This document shows, one piece after another, positions 8,816 through 19,249 of a DNA stretch of 32,493 nucleotides. The stretch's first letter is position 1; every line of letters begins with the position of its first letter. Made by a program: the position numbers and the translations under genes. The notes beneath the pieces were generated by a model. That model was not told where the DNA came from. It worked only from the letters and a program-made list of their open reading frames with translations, and ran no database searches. This DNA comes from a bacterium (lineage in GTDB: Bacteria; Hydrothermota; 32-111), in assembly GCA_046484245.1 (NCBI GenBank), contig JAWOBN010000094.1, forward strand, positions 1 to 32,493, read 5' to 3'.

Positions 8816-10556
8816 GAACACAGTGATGAGAGGCAGGGCTGCATCCCCCGGATTCATTCAATCCGAAGTGTATGTTATCAAGAATACTGCAGAGTTTGTC
8901 AAGATATATTCTATTGATGACCCTGAAGAGGAGATACAGCGTTTTGAGAATGCAATTGAAGAGACGAAGAAAGACCTCGTTAAGACCAGGGATAAGGTTG
9001 AGGAAAAGATAGGCAATGAATACAAGGGTATATTTGAGGCGCAGATACTGGCTCTTGAGGACAGGGAAGTGCTTGAGAAGACGAGGAAGAGGATAAGGGA
9101 GAACAGGAAGAATGCTGATTATGTGTACAACAGGGTGGTCAATGAAATACTGGACACAATGGGGCAGATTGATGATGAATACCTCAAGGACAGGATATAT
9201 GACATAAAGGATATTCTCAACAGGGTTCTCAGAAAACTCAAGAGGAAGTCCGACAATGGACCGGATATTGACAGTCCGGTGATACTTGCAGCAAATACAT
9301 TCACACCATCAGATCTTATCAATATAGACAAGAATATGATAAACGGTATTATATCGGAGCGCGGTTCTGTCACATCTCATTTTGCAATAATGGCAAGAGC
9401 ACTCAATATACCTGCAGTAGTCGGTGTTAATAATCTCATTGATAATATTGAACAGGAGGATACTGTCATTATTGACGGTTTCACCGGTATAATAATCATT
9501 GACCCTGATGAGACATCCAAGAAGATGTATCATAAGAAGAAAGAGGAATATGCCAGATATTCAGCTGAACTGAGGGAAATAATAAAATACGAGGCAATAA
9601 CACTTGATCAGCGCAGCATAGAACTCTCTGCCAATATAGAACTGCTTGATGAGACAGAAGAGGTGAAACGGTATGGTGCAAAGGGTATAGGGCTCTTCAG
9701 GACAGAATTCCTCTACTTCAATTCAGACACAATGCCTACAATAGAGAATCATCTGGACACATATTCACGGGTTGCCGGGTCTGTTTATCCGGATTCACTG
9801 ATTATCAGAACAGTGGATATCGGAGGGGACAAACCCGTATTTGTAAATAAGCGTGAAGACAATCCATTCCTCGGATTCAGGGGCATCAGGGCGTCACTGG
9901 AACATATCGCTCCATTCAAGGAGCAGATTGAGGCAATCCTGAGGTCCAATTCAAAGGGCAATGTGAAAATGATGCTCCCCATTGTATCAACAGTGGACGA
10001 GGTTGTCAGGGCAAAGGATATCATTGCAGAGGTGAAGGAGGATTTGATAGACCGCGGCATTGAATTCAATGGCAATATAGACCTCGGCATCATGGTTGAG
10101 GTGCCATCATGCGCACTGATGGCTGATGAATTCGCCCAACATGTTGATTTCTTCTCAATAGGCACCAATGACCTTACACAGTACACACTTGCAGTGGACA
10201 GGACCAATCCCATGGTCTCCAATATTTATGACAATCTTGACCCGGCAGTACTCAAATTAATAGATATGACAATAAAATCCGCACATGACAATCAGATATG
10301 GTGCGGTGTATGCGGTGAGATGGCTTCAATGCCCATAGCTGTACCTATTCTGATAGGCATGGAAATTGATGAATTATCCATGTCCCCTGTCTTTATTCCT
10401 GAAGTGAAGAAGATAATCAGGGAGATAACATTTGAAGAATCACGCGGGATTGCAGGTGAGGTGCTCTCAATGAAGTCAGGCAGGCATGTGAGGCAGTATA
10501 TGAAGGAATTGATATTGAGCAAATTCCCCAATATGAAACAATATCTGGAGGATTGA
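8805..10556 (+). CDS. ptsI: PEP-protein phosphotransferase (PTS enzyme I)
   Basis: TSHFAIMAR phospho-His motif, GIGLFRTEF, DIGGDK, NPFLGFRGIR, SIGTNDLTQY, CGEMA. Confidence 0.98.
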   Translation: MKNKNTVMRGRAASPGFIQSEVYVIKNTAEFVKIYSIDDPEEEIQRFENAIEETKKDLVKTRDKVEEKIGNEYKGIFEAQILALEDREVLEKTRKRIRENRKNADYVYNRVVNEILDTMGQIDDEYLKDRIYDIKDILNRVLRKLKRKSDNGPDIDSPVILAANTFTPSDLINIDKNMINGIISERGSVTSHFAIMARALNIPAVVGVNNLIDNIEQEDTVIIDGFTGIIIIDPDETSKKMYHKKKEEYARYSAELREIIKYEAITLDQRSIELSANIELLDETEEVKRYGAKGIGLFRTEFLYFNSDTMPTIENHLDTYSRVAGSVYPDSLIIRTVDIGGDKPVFVNKREDNPFLGFRGIRASLEHIAPFKEQIEAILRSNSKGNVKMMLPIVSTVDEVVRAKDIIAEVKEDLIDRGIEFNGNIDLGIMVEVPSCALMADEFAQHVDFFSIGTNDLTQYTLAVDRTNPMVSNIYDNLDPAVLKLIDMTIKSAHDNQIWCGVCGEMASMPIAVPILIGMEIDELSMSPVFIPEVKKIIREITFEESRGIAGEVLSMKSGRHVRQYMKELILSKFPNMKQYLED

Positions 10557-10560
10557 TACT

Positions 10561-11535
10561 ATGAATATGAAGGAATTGATAGAGAAATTTCCGCAATTTA
10601 TATCAGAAGGTTATGATTTGACAGAGAGTTATCTGCCGTTTCCCCTTGATGAGATTGACAGTATACTCTATGCGGGAATGGGCGGCAGTGCCATTGCAGG
10701 TGATATGCTGAGTGAAATACTGCATGATTATCTCCATATACCGATGACTGTTGTGCGTAATTACAATATTCCCGCATATGTATCGGACAAGACACTTGTT
10801 ATCATATCATCATTCTCCGGCAATACGGAAGAGACCGTGTCAGCAGCTGAAGAGGCAGCAGATAAAGATGCGAAAATCATTATGATAACAACAGGCGGCA
10901 AACTGAAAGATTTCGGCAGCCGGACAGACATGATAGAGCTGGACTATTCTCTCCCGCCCAGAACAGCACTGGGCATAACCCTGTTTGCACTCCTCAAGAA
11001 ACTGAAACCGCTGTACAGCAGTAATGAAGAGATATGCAGTGATATTGAAGAAACCCTCAAAGCATTTCAATCATACAGTATTGATTACAAACGCGCTGAG
11101 GAGATTGCCGGTGCCCTGTCAGGCAGGGTGCCTCTTATATATTCATCAGTGAATTATGCATCAGTGTCAAGGCGTTTTGCCAATCAGCTTGCTGAGAATG
11201 CAAAACATTTTGCCCATTTCAATGAATTGCCTGAAATGAATCATAATGAGATTGCAGGTATAAAGAATCCCCTTAACCCGGATGAGTATATTGTGCTGTT
11301 TTTCAAATACGGGAATGATAATGAGAGAATAAACAGGAGAATTGACATTACATCCTCACTCCTGGAAGAAGCGGGATTTGAATGCATGACACTTCAGTTC
11401 ACAGGCAATGGACTTACAAGCAGGATGGATTCCATTATACTCACTGATATGGTCTCCTGTCTGCTCGCTGAGATGAATAATGAGGATTCCATTGCTATTG
11501 CACGAATAGACAAATTGAAGGAGAGGATGAAGTAA
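10561..11535 (+). CDS. Bifunctional phosphoglucose/phosphomannose isomerase
   Basis: SIS-domain motifs GMGGSAIAG, SFSGNTEET, ENAK, PEMNHNEI. Confidence 0.92.
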   Translation: MNMKELIEKFPQFISEGYDLTESYLPFPLDEIDSILYAGMGGSAIAGDMLSEILHDYLHIPMTVVRNYNIPAYVSDKTLVIISSFSGNTEETVSAAEEAADKDAKIIMITTGGKLKDFGSRTDMIELDYSLPPRTALGITLFALLKKLKPLYSSNEEICSDIEETLKAFQSYSIDYKRAEEIAGALSGRVPLIYSSVNYASVSRRFANQLAENAKHFAHFNELPEMNHNEIAGIKNPLNPDEYIVLFFKYGNDNERINRRIDITSSLLEEAGFECMTLQFTGNGLTSRMDSIILTDMVSCLLAEMNNEDSIAIARIDKLKERMK

Positions 11536-12470
11536 TGAGGGTTGTTATTCCTGCAGCAGGTCTGGGTACAAGGCTGAGGCCCCATACTTTCACAATGCCC
11601 AAGCCCCTCATTCATGTGGGGTCAGGGAGAATGATAGATTATGTAATGGAATCATTTGGCGAACTTGAAGTATCAGAAGTCACGGTAATAACGGGATATA
11701 TGGAAGAACAGCTGATAGATTACCTTAAGAACCGGTATCAGTACAGATTCAATTTTATCTCACAGGAGGAGAGGCTCGGTCTGGGGCATGCTGTTTACCG
11801 GTCACTTGATGAGGCAAGTGATGAGGATATCCTCATTGTTCTCTCCGATTCAATTATCAAGACAGATATGCATGCATTCACCCGGTCCATGAGTTCTGTT
11901 TCTGTAATGGAAGTGGATGAACCGGAGCGTTTCGGTATTGTCAGTACAGAGGGTGACATGATAACCGATATGACTGAGAAACCCGAGGGACTTGAAAGCG
12001 GTTATGCAATAACAGGTCTCTACTATTTCAGTGACGGGATGTCTCTGAGGACCTATCTGAAACATATTATAGACAATGGCATTATGACAAAAGGTGAGTA
12101 TCAGCTGACAGATGCAATGAAAATGATGATTGACAGCAATATACCCATGAGAGCTGTTGAAGCTGATAAATGGATTGACTGCGGGACGCATGATATGCTC
12201 ATTGAAGCCAACAGGGAGCTGCTTGCAATGGAGAACAGGACATATTTCCGTGAAGGGGACACAGGCAGAGGCAGTATTGGTGATAATGTGTCTGTATTCG
12301 GCAATGCCAGTATTACAGGCAGTAGTGTGGAGGATTCAATTATTATGGAGAATGCAGTTATCAGGAACTGCGACATAAAGAACAGTGTTATAGGCAGAAA
12401 CTGCACTGTGGAGAATTTCAGCGGCAAATTGATTGCATCTGATTTTACCAGTGTAACAAAGGAGGACTAA
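11535..12470 (+). CDS. Sugar-1-phosphate nucleotidyltransferase (glucose-1-P thymidylyltransferase long-form-like)
   Basis: [13 protein letters not shown]...[31 protein letters not shown]-terminal left-handed beta-helix-like tail. Confidence 0.9.
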   Translation: MRVVIPAAGLGTRLRPHTFTMPKPLIHVGSGRMIDYVMESFGELEVSEVTVITGYMEEQLIDYLKNRYQYRFNFISQEERLGLGHAVYRSLDEASDEDILIVLSDSIIKTDMHAFTRSMSSVSVMEVDEPERFGIVSTEGDMITDMTEKPEGLESGYAITGLYYFSDGMSLRTYLKHIIDNGIMTKGEYQLTDAMKMMIDSNIPMRAVEADKWIDCGTHDMLIEANRELLAMENRTYFREGDTGRGSIGDNVSVFGNASITGSSVEDSIIMENAVIRNCDIKNSVIGRNCTVENFSGKLIASDFTSVTKED

Positions 12471-13606
12471 TGAAGAGTTATCTGACATCAGAATCAGTGT
12501 CCGAGGGACATCCGGATAAGATATGTGATCTCATATCCGACTCAATACTTGATGAGATTCTGGCAAATGATACAAATGGAAGGGTTGCTGTTGAAGCTCT
12601 CTCCACAACAGGCATGATTGTTGTCTCAGGCGAGATATCAACTGACTGTTATGTGGACATACCATTAGTGACAAAAACAGTACTCAAGGAAATAGGTTAT
12701 GACAGGCCGGAATACGGTATGGACTACAGGACATGCGCTGTTCTCAGTGCTATTCAGGAGCAGTCACCGGATATTGCCCAGGGTGTTGATACAGGCGGTG
12801 CCGGTGATCAGGGCATGATGTTCGGTTATGCAACTGACGAGACACCTGAGTATATGCCGATGACAATATCATATGCGCATAAAATAATCAGAAAGGTCAA
12901 TGAGCTGCGGAAATTCGGCACACTGGATTATCTGAGACCTGACGGCAAATCGCAGGTTACTGTTGAATATGAAGACGGCAGACCGGCGAGGATTGATGCC
13001 ATTGTGCTGAGTGTTCAGCATGACCCTGACATAGAGATACCGCAGATAAAGAATGACCTCAGGGAAAAGGTCATAAAATCCGTTATTGACGAAAGATATC
13101 TGGATGATGATACAAAACTCTATGTCAATCCCACAGGCAAGTTCGTTATAGGCGGACCCCATGCTGATACAGGCCTGACAGGCCGCAAGATCATTGTGGA
13201 TACATACGGCGGTATGGCAAAGCACGGCGGCGGGTGCTTCTCAGGCAAGGACCCGACAAAGGTTGACAGATCAGCAGCATACATGTCCAGGTATATTGCC
13301 AAGAATCTCGTGGCGGCAGGTATTGCTTCAAAACTGGAGATTCAGCTTGCCTATGCCATTGGTGTCATTGAACCTGTATCAATTGCAGTGGATACATTCT
13401 CAACAGGCAATTATCCCGAGGATAAGATCATTGAAGCAATCAAGCATATATTTGACCTCTCGCCACTGGGCATAATAGACCAGCTGAAGCTGAGGAGGCC
13501 TGTTTATCAGAAAACAGCTGCATACGGGCATTTCGGCAGGGAAGAGGAAGGATTCTCATGGGAATTGACAGATAAGAAAGATGAAATAAAGAAATATCTC
13601 ACATAG
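12470..13606 (+). CDS. metK: S-adenosylmethionine synthetase
   Basis: [33 protein letters not shown]. Confidence 0.99.
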   Translation: MKSYLTSESVSEGHPDKICDLISDSILDEILANDTNGRVAVEALSTTGMIVVSGEISTDCYVDIPLVTKTVLKEIGYDRPEYGMDYRTCAVLSAIQEQSPDIAQGVDTGGAGDQGMMFGYATDETPEYMPMTISYAHKIIRKVNELRKFGTLDYLRPDGKSQVTVEYEDGRPARIDAIVLSVQHDPDIEIPQIKNDLREKVIKSVIDERYLDDDTKLYVNPTGKFVIGGPHADTGLTGRKIIVDTYGGMAKHGGGCFSGKDPTKVDRSAAYMSRYIAKNLVAAGIASKLEIQLAYAIGVIEPVSIAVDTFSTGNYPEDKIIEAIKHIFDLSPLGIIDQLKLRRPVYQKTAAYGHFGREEEGFSWELTDKKDEIKKYLT

Positions 13607-13614
13607 GAGTGATA

Positions 13615-14871
13615 ATGAAGCATGAAATAAAGGATATCAAGCTTGCAGGGGCAGGCAAGAAGAGAATAGAATGGGCAGAACAGGATATGCCTGTCTTGAG
13701 GGATATCAGGTCTGAATTCAAGAAGAAGAAATCACTCAAGGGTCTGAAGATCAGTGCATGCCTCCATGTGACATCAGAGACAGCCAATCTGATGCGCACA
13801 TTGAAGGACGGCGGTGCTGAGGTCGCTCTGTGTGCATCCAATCCCCTCTCCACACAGGATGATGTGGCAGCTTCACTTGTAAAGGATTACAAGATACCTG
13901 TCTTTGCAGTCAAGGGCATCAATAATAAGGGCTATTACAGGCATATTGAGAGCTCACTCAAAATAAAACCCCATATTACAATGGATGACGGTGCAGACCT
14001 TGTTTCAACACTGCACAAGAAATTCCCCAAATTGATAGATAATGTCATAGGCGGAACCGAAGAGACAACAACAGGTGTTATCAGATTGAGGAGCATGGCT
14101 GAACACAAAGTGCTGAAGTATCCTGTTATTGCTGTCAATGATTCATACACAAAGTATCTGTTTGACAACAGATACGGAACAGGACAGTCAACAATTGACG
14201 GAATACTCAGGGCAACAAACCGGCTTATTGCAGGCTCTGTCTTCACAGTGGCAGGCTACGGCTGGTGCGGCAGGGGTGTTGCAATGCGCGCCAGGGGCAT
14301 GGGCGCCAATGTGATTGTAACGGAAGTTGATCCTGTCAAGGCGCTTGAAGCGCACATGGACGGTTTCAGGGTAATGAAAATGACAAAGGCTGCAGGCATT
14401 TCCGATTTTATTATTACTGTAACAGGTGACATCAATGTGCTGGACAAAAAGCATTTCACAAAGATGAAAGACGGATGCATTATTGCCAATACAGGCCACT
14501 TTGATGTGGAGATAAACACAAAAGCATTGAGGAAATTAACAAAGAAGAGAACAGAGATCAGGGATAATCTCATTGAATACAAGAATGCAAAGGGCAGCAG
14601 TATATATCTCCTTGCAGAGGGAAGACTGGTCAATCTTTCAGCAGCAGAGGGACATCCTGCATCTGTCATGGATATGTCCTTTGCCAATCAGTCACTGGCT
14701 TCACTCTATCTGCATCAGAACAGAGGCAAACTGGATAATGCTGTTTACAAACTACCCGATAAACTGGACAGGGATATTGCAAAGAGAAAACTCAAATCAC
14801 TCGGTGTGCAGTATGACAGATTAACCAGAGAACAGAGAGAGTATCTGAGTTCATGGCAGATAGGCACATAG
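13615..14871 (+). CDS. ahcY: Adenosylhomocysteinase
   Basis: [48 protein letters not shown] before ATG 13615. Confidence 0.99.
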   Translation: MKHEIKDIKLAGAGKKRIEWAEQDMPVLRDIRSEFKKKKSLKGLKISACLHVTSETANLMRTLKDGGAEVALCASNPLSTQDDVAASLVKDYKIPVFAVKGINNKGYYRHIESSLKIKPHITMDDGADLVSTLHKKFPKLIDNVIGGTEETTTGVIRLRSMAEHKVLKYPVIAVNDSYTKYLFDNRYGTGQSTIDGILRATNRLIAGSVFTVAGYGWCGRGVAMRARGMGANVIVTEVDPVKALEAHMDGFRVMKMTKAAGISDFIITVTGDINVLDKKHFTKMKDGCIIANTGHFDVEINTKALRKLTKKRTEIRDNLIEYKNAKGSSIYLLAEGRLVNLSAAEGHPASVMDMSFANQSLASLYLHQNRGKLDNAVYKLPDKLDRDIAKRKLKSLGVQYDRLTREQREYLSSWQIGT

Positions 14872-15821
14872 ACATATCGGTTATTATACCCTTCTATGAT
14901 GAGAAGGGCAATGTTGAAGAGATAATAACCCGGACAAATGAGATATTGTCCGGGCTCTCTTTTGAGATAATTGCTGTCAATGACGGTTCAAGGGATAATA
15001 CACTGGAATGCATAAAGAGAGAGGCAGAGAAATTCCCTGCAGTGAGAATAATAGATTTCACCCGTAATTTCGGGCAATCAGCAGCATTCCAGGCAGGTTT
15101 TGACAATGCGCGAGGCAGATACATAGTGACAATTGACGGAGACAATCAGAATGACCCTGCTGATATCCCCCTTATGATTGACAGACTTGAGAAAAACAAT
15201 GCGGATATGGTTGTCGGATGGCGCAAGAAGAGAAAGGATGCCCTATTCACAAAGAAGATACCCTCGGGCATTGCCAACAGGATCATATCATCATTCCTCA
15301 ATCTCAATATCCATGATACAGGATGCAGTCTGAAGGTCTTCAAGTCCTCAATACTGCCGGAGATCAGGCTGTACGGCGAGATGCACAGATTCATACCCTA
15401 TCTTGCACATGCAAGGGGGGCAACTGTCATAGAGATGCCTGTATCCCACAGGGAAAGACGGTCAAGTTATTCAAAATACGGTCTCTCCAGGACTTTAAAG
15501 GTATTCCTTGATATGATGACAGTGAAATTCCTCAATGAATTCTCCAGCAGCCCTATATACGCAATAGGCGGGCTCTCCGTCTATACAGGCCTGTTGTCAA
15601 TAATATCATTTATTGCACTGCTTATTATGAAGATATTCTACGGCATTGACATGACAGGCAATCCGCTTCTTATCATATCTGTTTTTCTCGGTATTGTTGC
15701 CCTGCAGATCTTCATGCTGGGACTGATGAGCGAGATACAGGTAAGGTCGTATTTTGAAGCAAGCGGCAGGGAAATATACAAAATAAGGGCAATTATTGAA
15801 AATAGTGGTGAAGATGAGTAG
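14853..15821 (+). CDS. GT2 polyprenol-phosphate glycosyltransferase (ArnC/GtrB-like)
   Basis: [46 protein letters not shown], two C-terminal TM helices. Confidence 0.92.
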   Translation: MADRHIDISVIIPFYDEKGNVEEIITRTNEILSGLSFEIIAVNDGSRDNTLECIKREAEKFPAVRIIDFTRNFGQSAAFQAGFDNARGRYIVTIDGDNQNDPADIPLMIDRLEKNNADMVVGWRKKRKDALFTKKIPSGIANRIISSFLNLNIHDTGCSLKVFKSSILPEIRLYGEMHRFIPYLAHARGATVIEMPVSHRERRSSYSKYGLSRTLKVFLDMMTVKFLNEFSSSPIYAIGGLSVYTGLLSIISFIALLIMKIFYGIDMTGNPLLIISVFLGIVALQIFMLGLMSEIQVRSYFEASGREIYKIRAIIENSGEDE

Positions 15822-16788
15822 TATTCTGTGTATTGCAGCTACAGCATTCTTCAATGACAGGGGATGTCATGTGAGGATAATGAATATTGCAGGCAGGCTG
15901 AGGAATAAGAATATTCTCTGCTATGCGGGCGGAAGGGAGATGGAGGGTATTGCCTCTGTGAGAATACCTCCTCTTTTCGGCAGTATTGATATTATCGGCT
16001 TCAGCTGGAAGAAACTGATACTTGACCTGATGCTTTTATTAAAAGGTGTAAGGTCAGTGAGGAAAGAGAATTATGATAAAATGCTGGCATTTACCCATGA
16101 GGCGGGCCTTATTGCAATGATTCTGTCTGCAGTCACCAAGAGGGAGTATATACTGGACTATCAGGGTTCAATGTCACAGGAGATGAAACTTGCAGGTGTT
16201 CTGCCCGGGAGACCCCCGTTTATATATGCAGTGCGCTTTATTGAGAATATGATTGAATCCAAGGCAAAGCTGATTATTTACAATACGCATTTTGCATACA
16301 ATAATTCAGTGAAAGACAAGAAGATGCTGATTGATGACAGCCGGTTCAATCCCCCTGTAGGCAGGAGCATCAGATCATTCAGGGAGGGCAATGAGACAAT
16401 TGTCCTCTGGATGGGTGTATTCAGTGACGTGCAGGGTATGGATGCTCTTGCAGAGATCATTGAACAGACGCGGGGGTCTGATGTCAAATTTGTTGTTGTG
16501 GGTTTTCCTCTTACTGATAATATAAGGGAGCAGTTAGACAGGGGAAATGTCATACTGACAGGGAGAATCCCGTGGCAGTATGTTCCGGGTATTGTTGAGG
16601 ATGCCGATATCTGCATATCTACAAAGAACAGGTCATCGGAGGGTTCCGGTAAACTGCATCTCTTCAAACAGTACTGCAGCAGTGTTATTGCCCTGAGAAG
16701 CAGGGCATCAGAGGAGATCCTCAGCCCCGGTGAGATTGCTGACAGTACTGATGAAATAGCATCAAGAATTAAAAATTGGAGTAAGTGA
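15814..16788 (+). CDS. GT4-family (GT-B) glycosyltransferase, divergent
   Basis: F...RGCHVRI N-terminal motif, WMG...VQG.D, TGRIPW..VP...ADI...K...SEGSGKL. Confidence 0.75.
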   Translation: MSSILCIAATAFFNDRGCHVRIMNIAGRLRNKNILCYAGGREMEGIASVRIPPLFGSIDIIGFSWKKLILDLMLLLKGVRSVRKENYDKMLAFTHEAGLIAMILSAVTKREYILDYQGSMSQEMKLAGVLPGRPPFIYAVRFIENMIESKAKLIIYNTHFAYNNSVKDKKMLIDDSRFNPPVGRSIRSFREGNETIVLWMGVFSDVQGMDALAEIIEQTRGSDVKFVVVGFPLTDNIREQLDRGNVILTGRIPWQYVPGIVEDADICISTKNRSSEGSGKLHLFKQYCSSVIALRSRASEEILSPGEIADSTDEIASRIKNWSK

Positions 16789-17513
16789 AAATGAATATGA
16801 TAATTCTGCTAATTATGATACTATGTCTGCCTGCAGTTATTCTGAAATTGTACATACCTGCAGTTATACTGCTCAGTGCAGCAATAATAATTCAATTGTT
16901 CGCAGGCAGAAGAGAGATAAAGAAGAAAATAGTCAAATACGACAGTGGCAAGGATTATGTCCTCTCATACAGGGCGCTTGCAGACAGGAATCTCATGCAT
17001 CTGATAAAATCAGGCATTATATCCGGTAAATTCATTGTATCCATTGAGATGATGATAAATATAAGGGACAATGAGGAGGATACAACAGAGAGCAAGACAG
17101 CCAGAGAGTCACTGGATTTCCTCAAGAGGAATGATATGATAAAGCCCGAGGATATCAAGCCCAATATCACATCCCTCTTCAAATATGCATTTGATAATTC
17201 ATGCATTATGGTAATAAGCGGGGAGAAGGGGGCAACAGGCATTTCGGGAATATTCAATGTGAAGTTCATCAATCTGGATAATATACGCATATCAAAGAGT
17301 GAGAAGTATTCTGCCGGAAGCAGTGTGGATTTCATAGTCACTGATGCTGACGGTGATGTATTTGAGGGTTTTGTAGTCAACAGGGATGTCAAGACATTCA
17401 CAAAATCCGATAAACTGATAACAGGCAGGCTATATTCGGGTATTGTGAAGAATGTGCTGAATATCAAGGGCAAATTGAAATTAATAATAGGGGTCAAAGA
17501 TAATGAGCATTGA
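16785..17513 (+). CDS. Degenerate YacL-like membrane protein (TM + PIN-like + TRAM-like)
   Basis: N-terminal TM helices; VLSYRALADRN...SGIISGKFIV and ARESLDFL align loosely to YacL LDTSVIIDGR..TGFLEG..IP and GRRGLDIL; directly upstream of ispD as yacL usually is. Confidence 0.55.
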   Translation: MKMNMIILLIMILCLPAVILKLYIPAVILLSAAIIIQLFAGRREIKKKIVKYDSGKDYVLSYRALADRNLMHLIKSGIISGKFIVSIEMMINIRDNEEDTTESKTARESLDFLKRNDMIKPEDIKPNITSLFKYAFDNSCIMVISGEKGATGISGIFNVKFINLDNIRISKSEKYSAGSSVDFIVTDADGDVFEGFVVNRDVKTFTKSDKLITGRLYSGIVKNVLNIKGKLKLIIGVKDNEH

Positions 17514-18168
17514 CATGATTCTGCCTTCAGCAGGCAGTTCAACGCGCTTTGAATCGGACATCAAGAAGCAGTTTTACATGCTTGGCTCCCAGCCGGTTAT
17601 TGTCCGCACTGTCAAACAGTGCCTGCAGAGCAGTTCTATAGACAGGGTAATTGTTGTTGCTGCAGAAGATGATATTGAGAAGACCCGGAAGCTCTTTGAG
17701 GATTACAGTAATGTAGAATGCACAACAGGCGGCACTACCAGGTCACAGTCAGTTATCAATGGCCTGGAGGCATCTGACGCTGATATGGTCTTTATACATG
17801 ACGGGGCGCGGCCTTTCATAGACAGTTCCTTTATTGAGGAGATAATGAATGCCTACAGGGACGGCTCCATTGTTATGCCCTATGTAAGGCCTGTGGAGAC
17901 AGTGAGGTATATGACTGATTCATCAGTCAGTTATCTTGACAGGGACAGGGTGATGCTGATTCAGACACCCCAGTATGCATCAAGAACATTGCTGCTCAAT
18001 GCAATGAGAGATGCAGTTGACAATGGCATTGATTTTACTGATGAGTCGGGTTTCATGGCTAATGCAGGCAGGGAGATAATCCCTGTAAAGGGCCGTGATT
18101 ACAATATAAAGATAACAAAGAGGAGTGATATGCTCCTTGCAGAAAGCATATTGAAGGAGTTGATGTGA
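17503..18168 (+). CDS. ispD: 2-C-methyl-D-erythritol 4-phosphate cytidylyltransferase
   Basis: AGSSTRF...KQF, GGTTRSQSV, IHDGARPF, QTPQ, TDE, NIKIT. Confidence 0.96.
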   Translation: MSIDMILPSAGSSTRFESDIKKQFYMLGSQPVIVRTVKQCLQSSSIDRVIVVAAEDDIEKTRKLFEDYSNVECTTGGTTRSQSVINGLEASDADMVFIHDGARPFIDSSFIEEIMNAYRDGSIVMPYVRPVETVRYMTDSSVSYLDRDRVMLIQTPQYASRTLLLNAMRDAVDNGIDFTDESGFMANAGREIIPVKGRDYNIKITKRSDMLLAESILKELM

Positions 18169-18626
18169 GAACAGGCATAGGATTTGATGCACACAGATTC
18201 GCTGAAAGCAGGAAACTTATGCTCGGAGGCGTGCATATAGAGTATCCATTGGGTCTGGAGGGGCATTCTGACGCGGATGTGCTTATACATGCTGTCATGG
18301 ATGCTGTTCTGGGAGCAATGGGCAAGGGTGATATAGGCGCAATATTCCCTGACAGCAGTGATGAGTACAGGGACATCAGTTCAATGGAATTGCTCAGGAG
18401 AGTCGGGGATATGACCAAGAATCGGATCATCAATATTGATTCTGTTGTAATCTGCCAGGAACCGAAAATTGCCCCGTACAGGAATAGTATGGAAATAAAT
18501 ATTGCAGATGCCCTCTCAATGGATCCGGATAATGTCTCTGTCAAAGCCTCAACAACCGAATATATGGGGTTTACAGGCAGAAAAGAGGGCATAGCCTGCA
18601 TAGCAACAGTGCTTCTGGGGGAATAA
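18165..18626 (+). CDS. ispF: 2-C-methyl-D-erythritol 2,4-cyclodiphosphate synthase
   Basis: GIGFDAH, GHSDADV, GDIG..FP, KASTTE, GRKEGIA. Confidence 0.97.
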   Translation: MRTGIGFDAHRFAESRKLMLGGVHIEYPLGLEGHSDADVLIHAVMDAVLGAMGKGDIGAIFPDSSDEYRDISSMELLRRVGDMTKNRIINIDSVVICQEPKIAPYRNSMEINIADALSMDPDNVSVKASTTEYMGFTGRKEGIACIATVLLGE

Positions 18627-19249
18627 TGAAGAAAACTGCCGCTGTTCTCTTCTTCATTATTCTGGCATTGGGTCTGTCTGCAGGAGTTAAGGCAGGCATA
18701 ATCAGCACACTGGACAGTACCGGTCTCCCCCGATGGCTCATTGTTATTATCATTTCAGCACTTCCCGTATTTGAGCTGAGGGGCGGTATCCCCATTGCAG
18801 TAAATGTGTATGACATGAGCATATACACAGCATTCATGCTGGCATTTATCGGCAATATTATTCCGGTTTTACCCATACTCCTCTTCCTCAGGGCAATGTA
18901 CAGATTCTTTGAAAGATGGAAATACACAAAAAAATTCTTTGACAGTATCTTTGAGAGGACAAGATCCCGGTCACAGCAGATTGAGAAATACAAGATGATA
19001 GGCCTCATATCATTTGTTGCCATTCCGCTGCCTATAACAGGTGCATGGACAGGTTCCATAGCAGCAGTGCTGTTCAATATCAGATTGAGGGATGCTGTTG
19101 TTTCAATCATAATCGGTGTGATTATTGCCGGAATAATTGTCACCACTCTATCTGTCATGGGTATATGGGGCGCAGTTATTGCAGGGACAGTTCTCCTTGT
19201 CATTGCAATCTCATCACTGATGAAGTCAAGATTACAGGAGGACAGATGA
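18626..19249 (+). CDS. COG2426 'small multi-drug export' family membrane protein
   Basis: PVFELRGGIP, GNIIPV, FVAIPLPITGAWTG. Confidence 0.9.
   Translation: MKKTAAVLFFIILALGLSAGVKAGIISTLDSTGLPRWLIVIIISALPVFELRGGIPIAVNVYDMSIYTAFMLAFIGNIIPVLPILLFLRAMYRFFERWKYTKKFFDSIFERTRSRSQQIEKYKMIGLISFVAIPLPITGAWTGSIAAVLFNIRLRDAVVSIIIGVIIAGIIVTTLSVMGIWGAVIAGTVLLVIAISSLMKSRLQEDR

Noticed and set aside
19045..19245. N-terminal extension of HflX in the ORF track
   Set aside because: Overlaps the COG2426 gene; the GGAGG RBS and ATGA overlap support the start at 19246.
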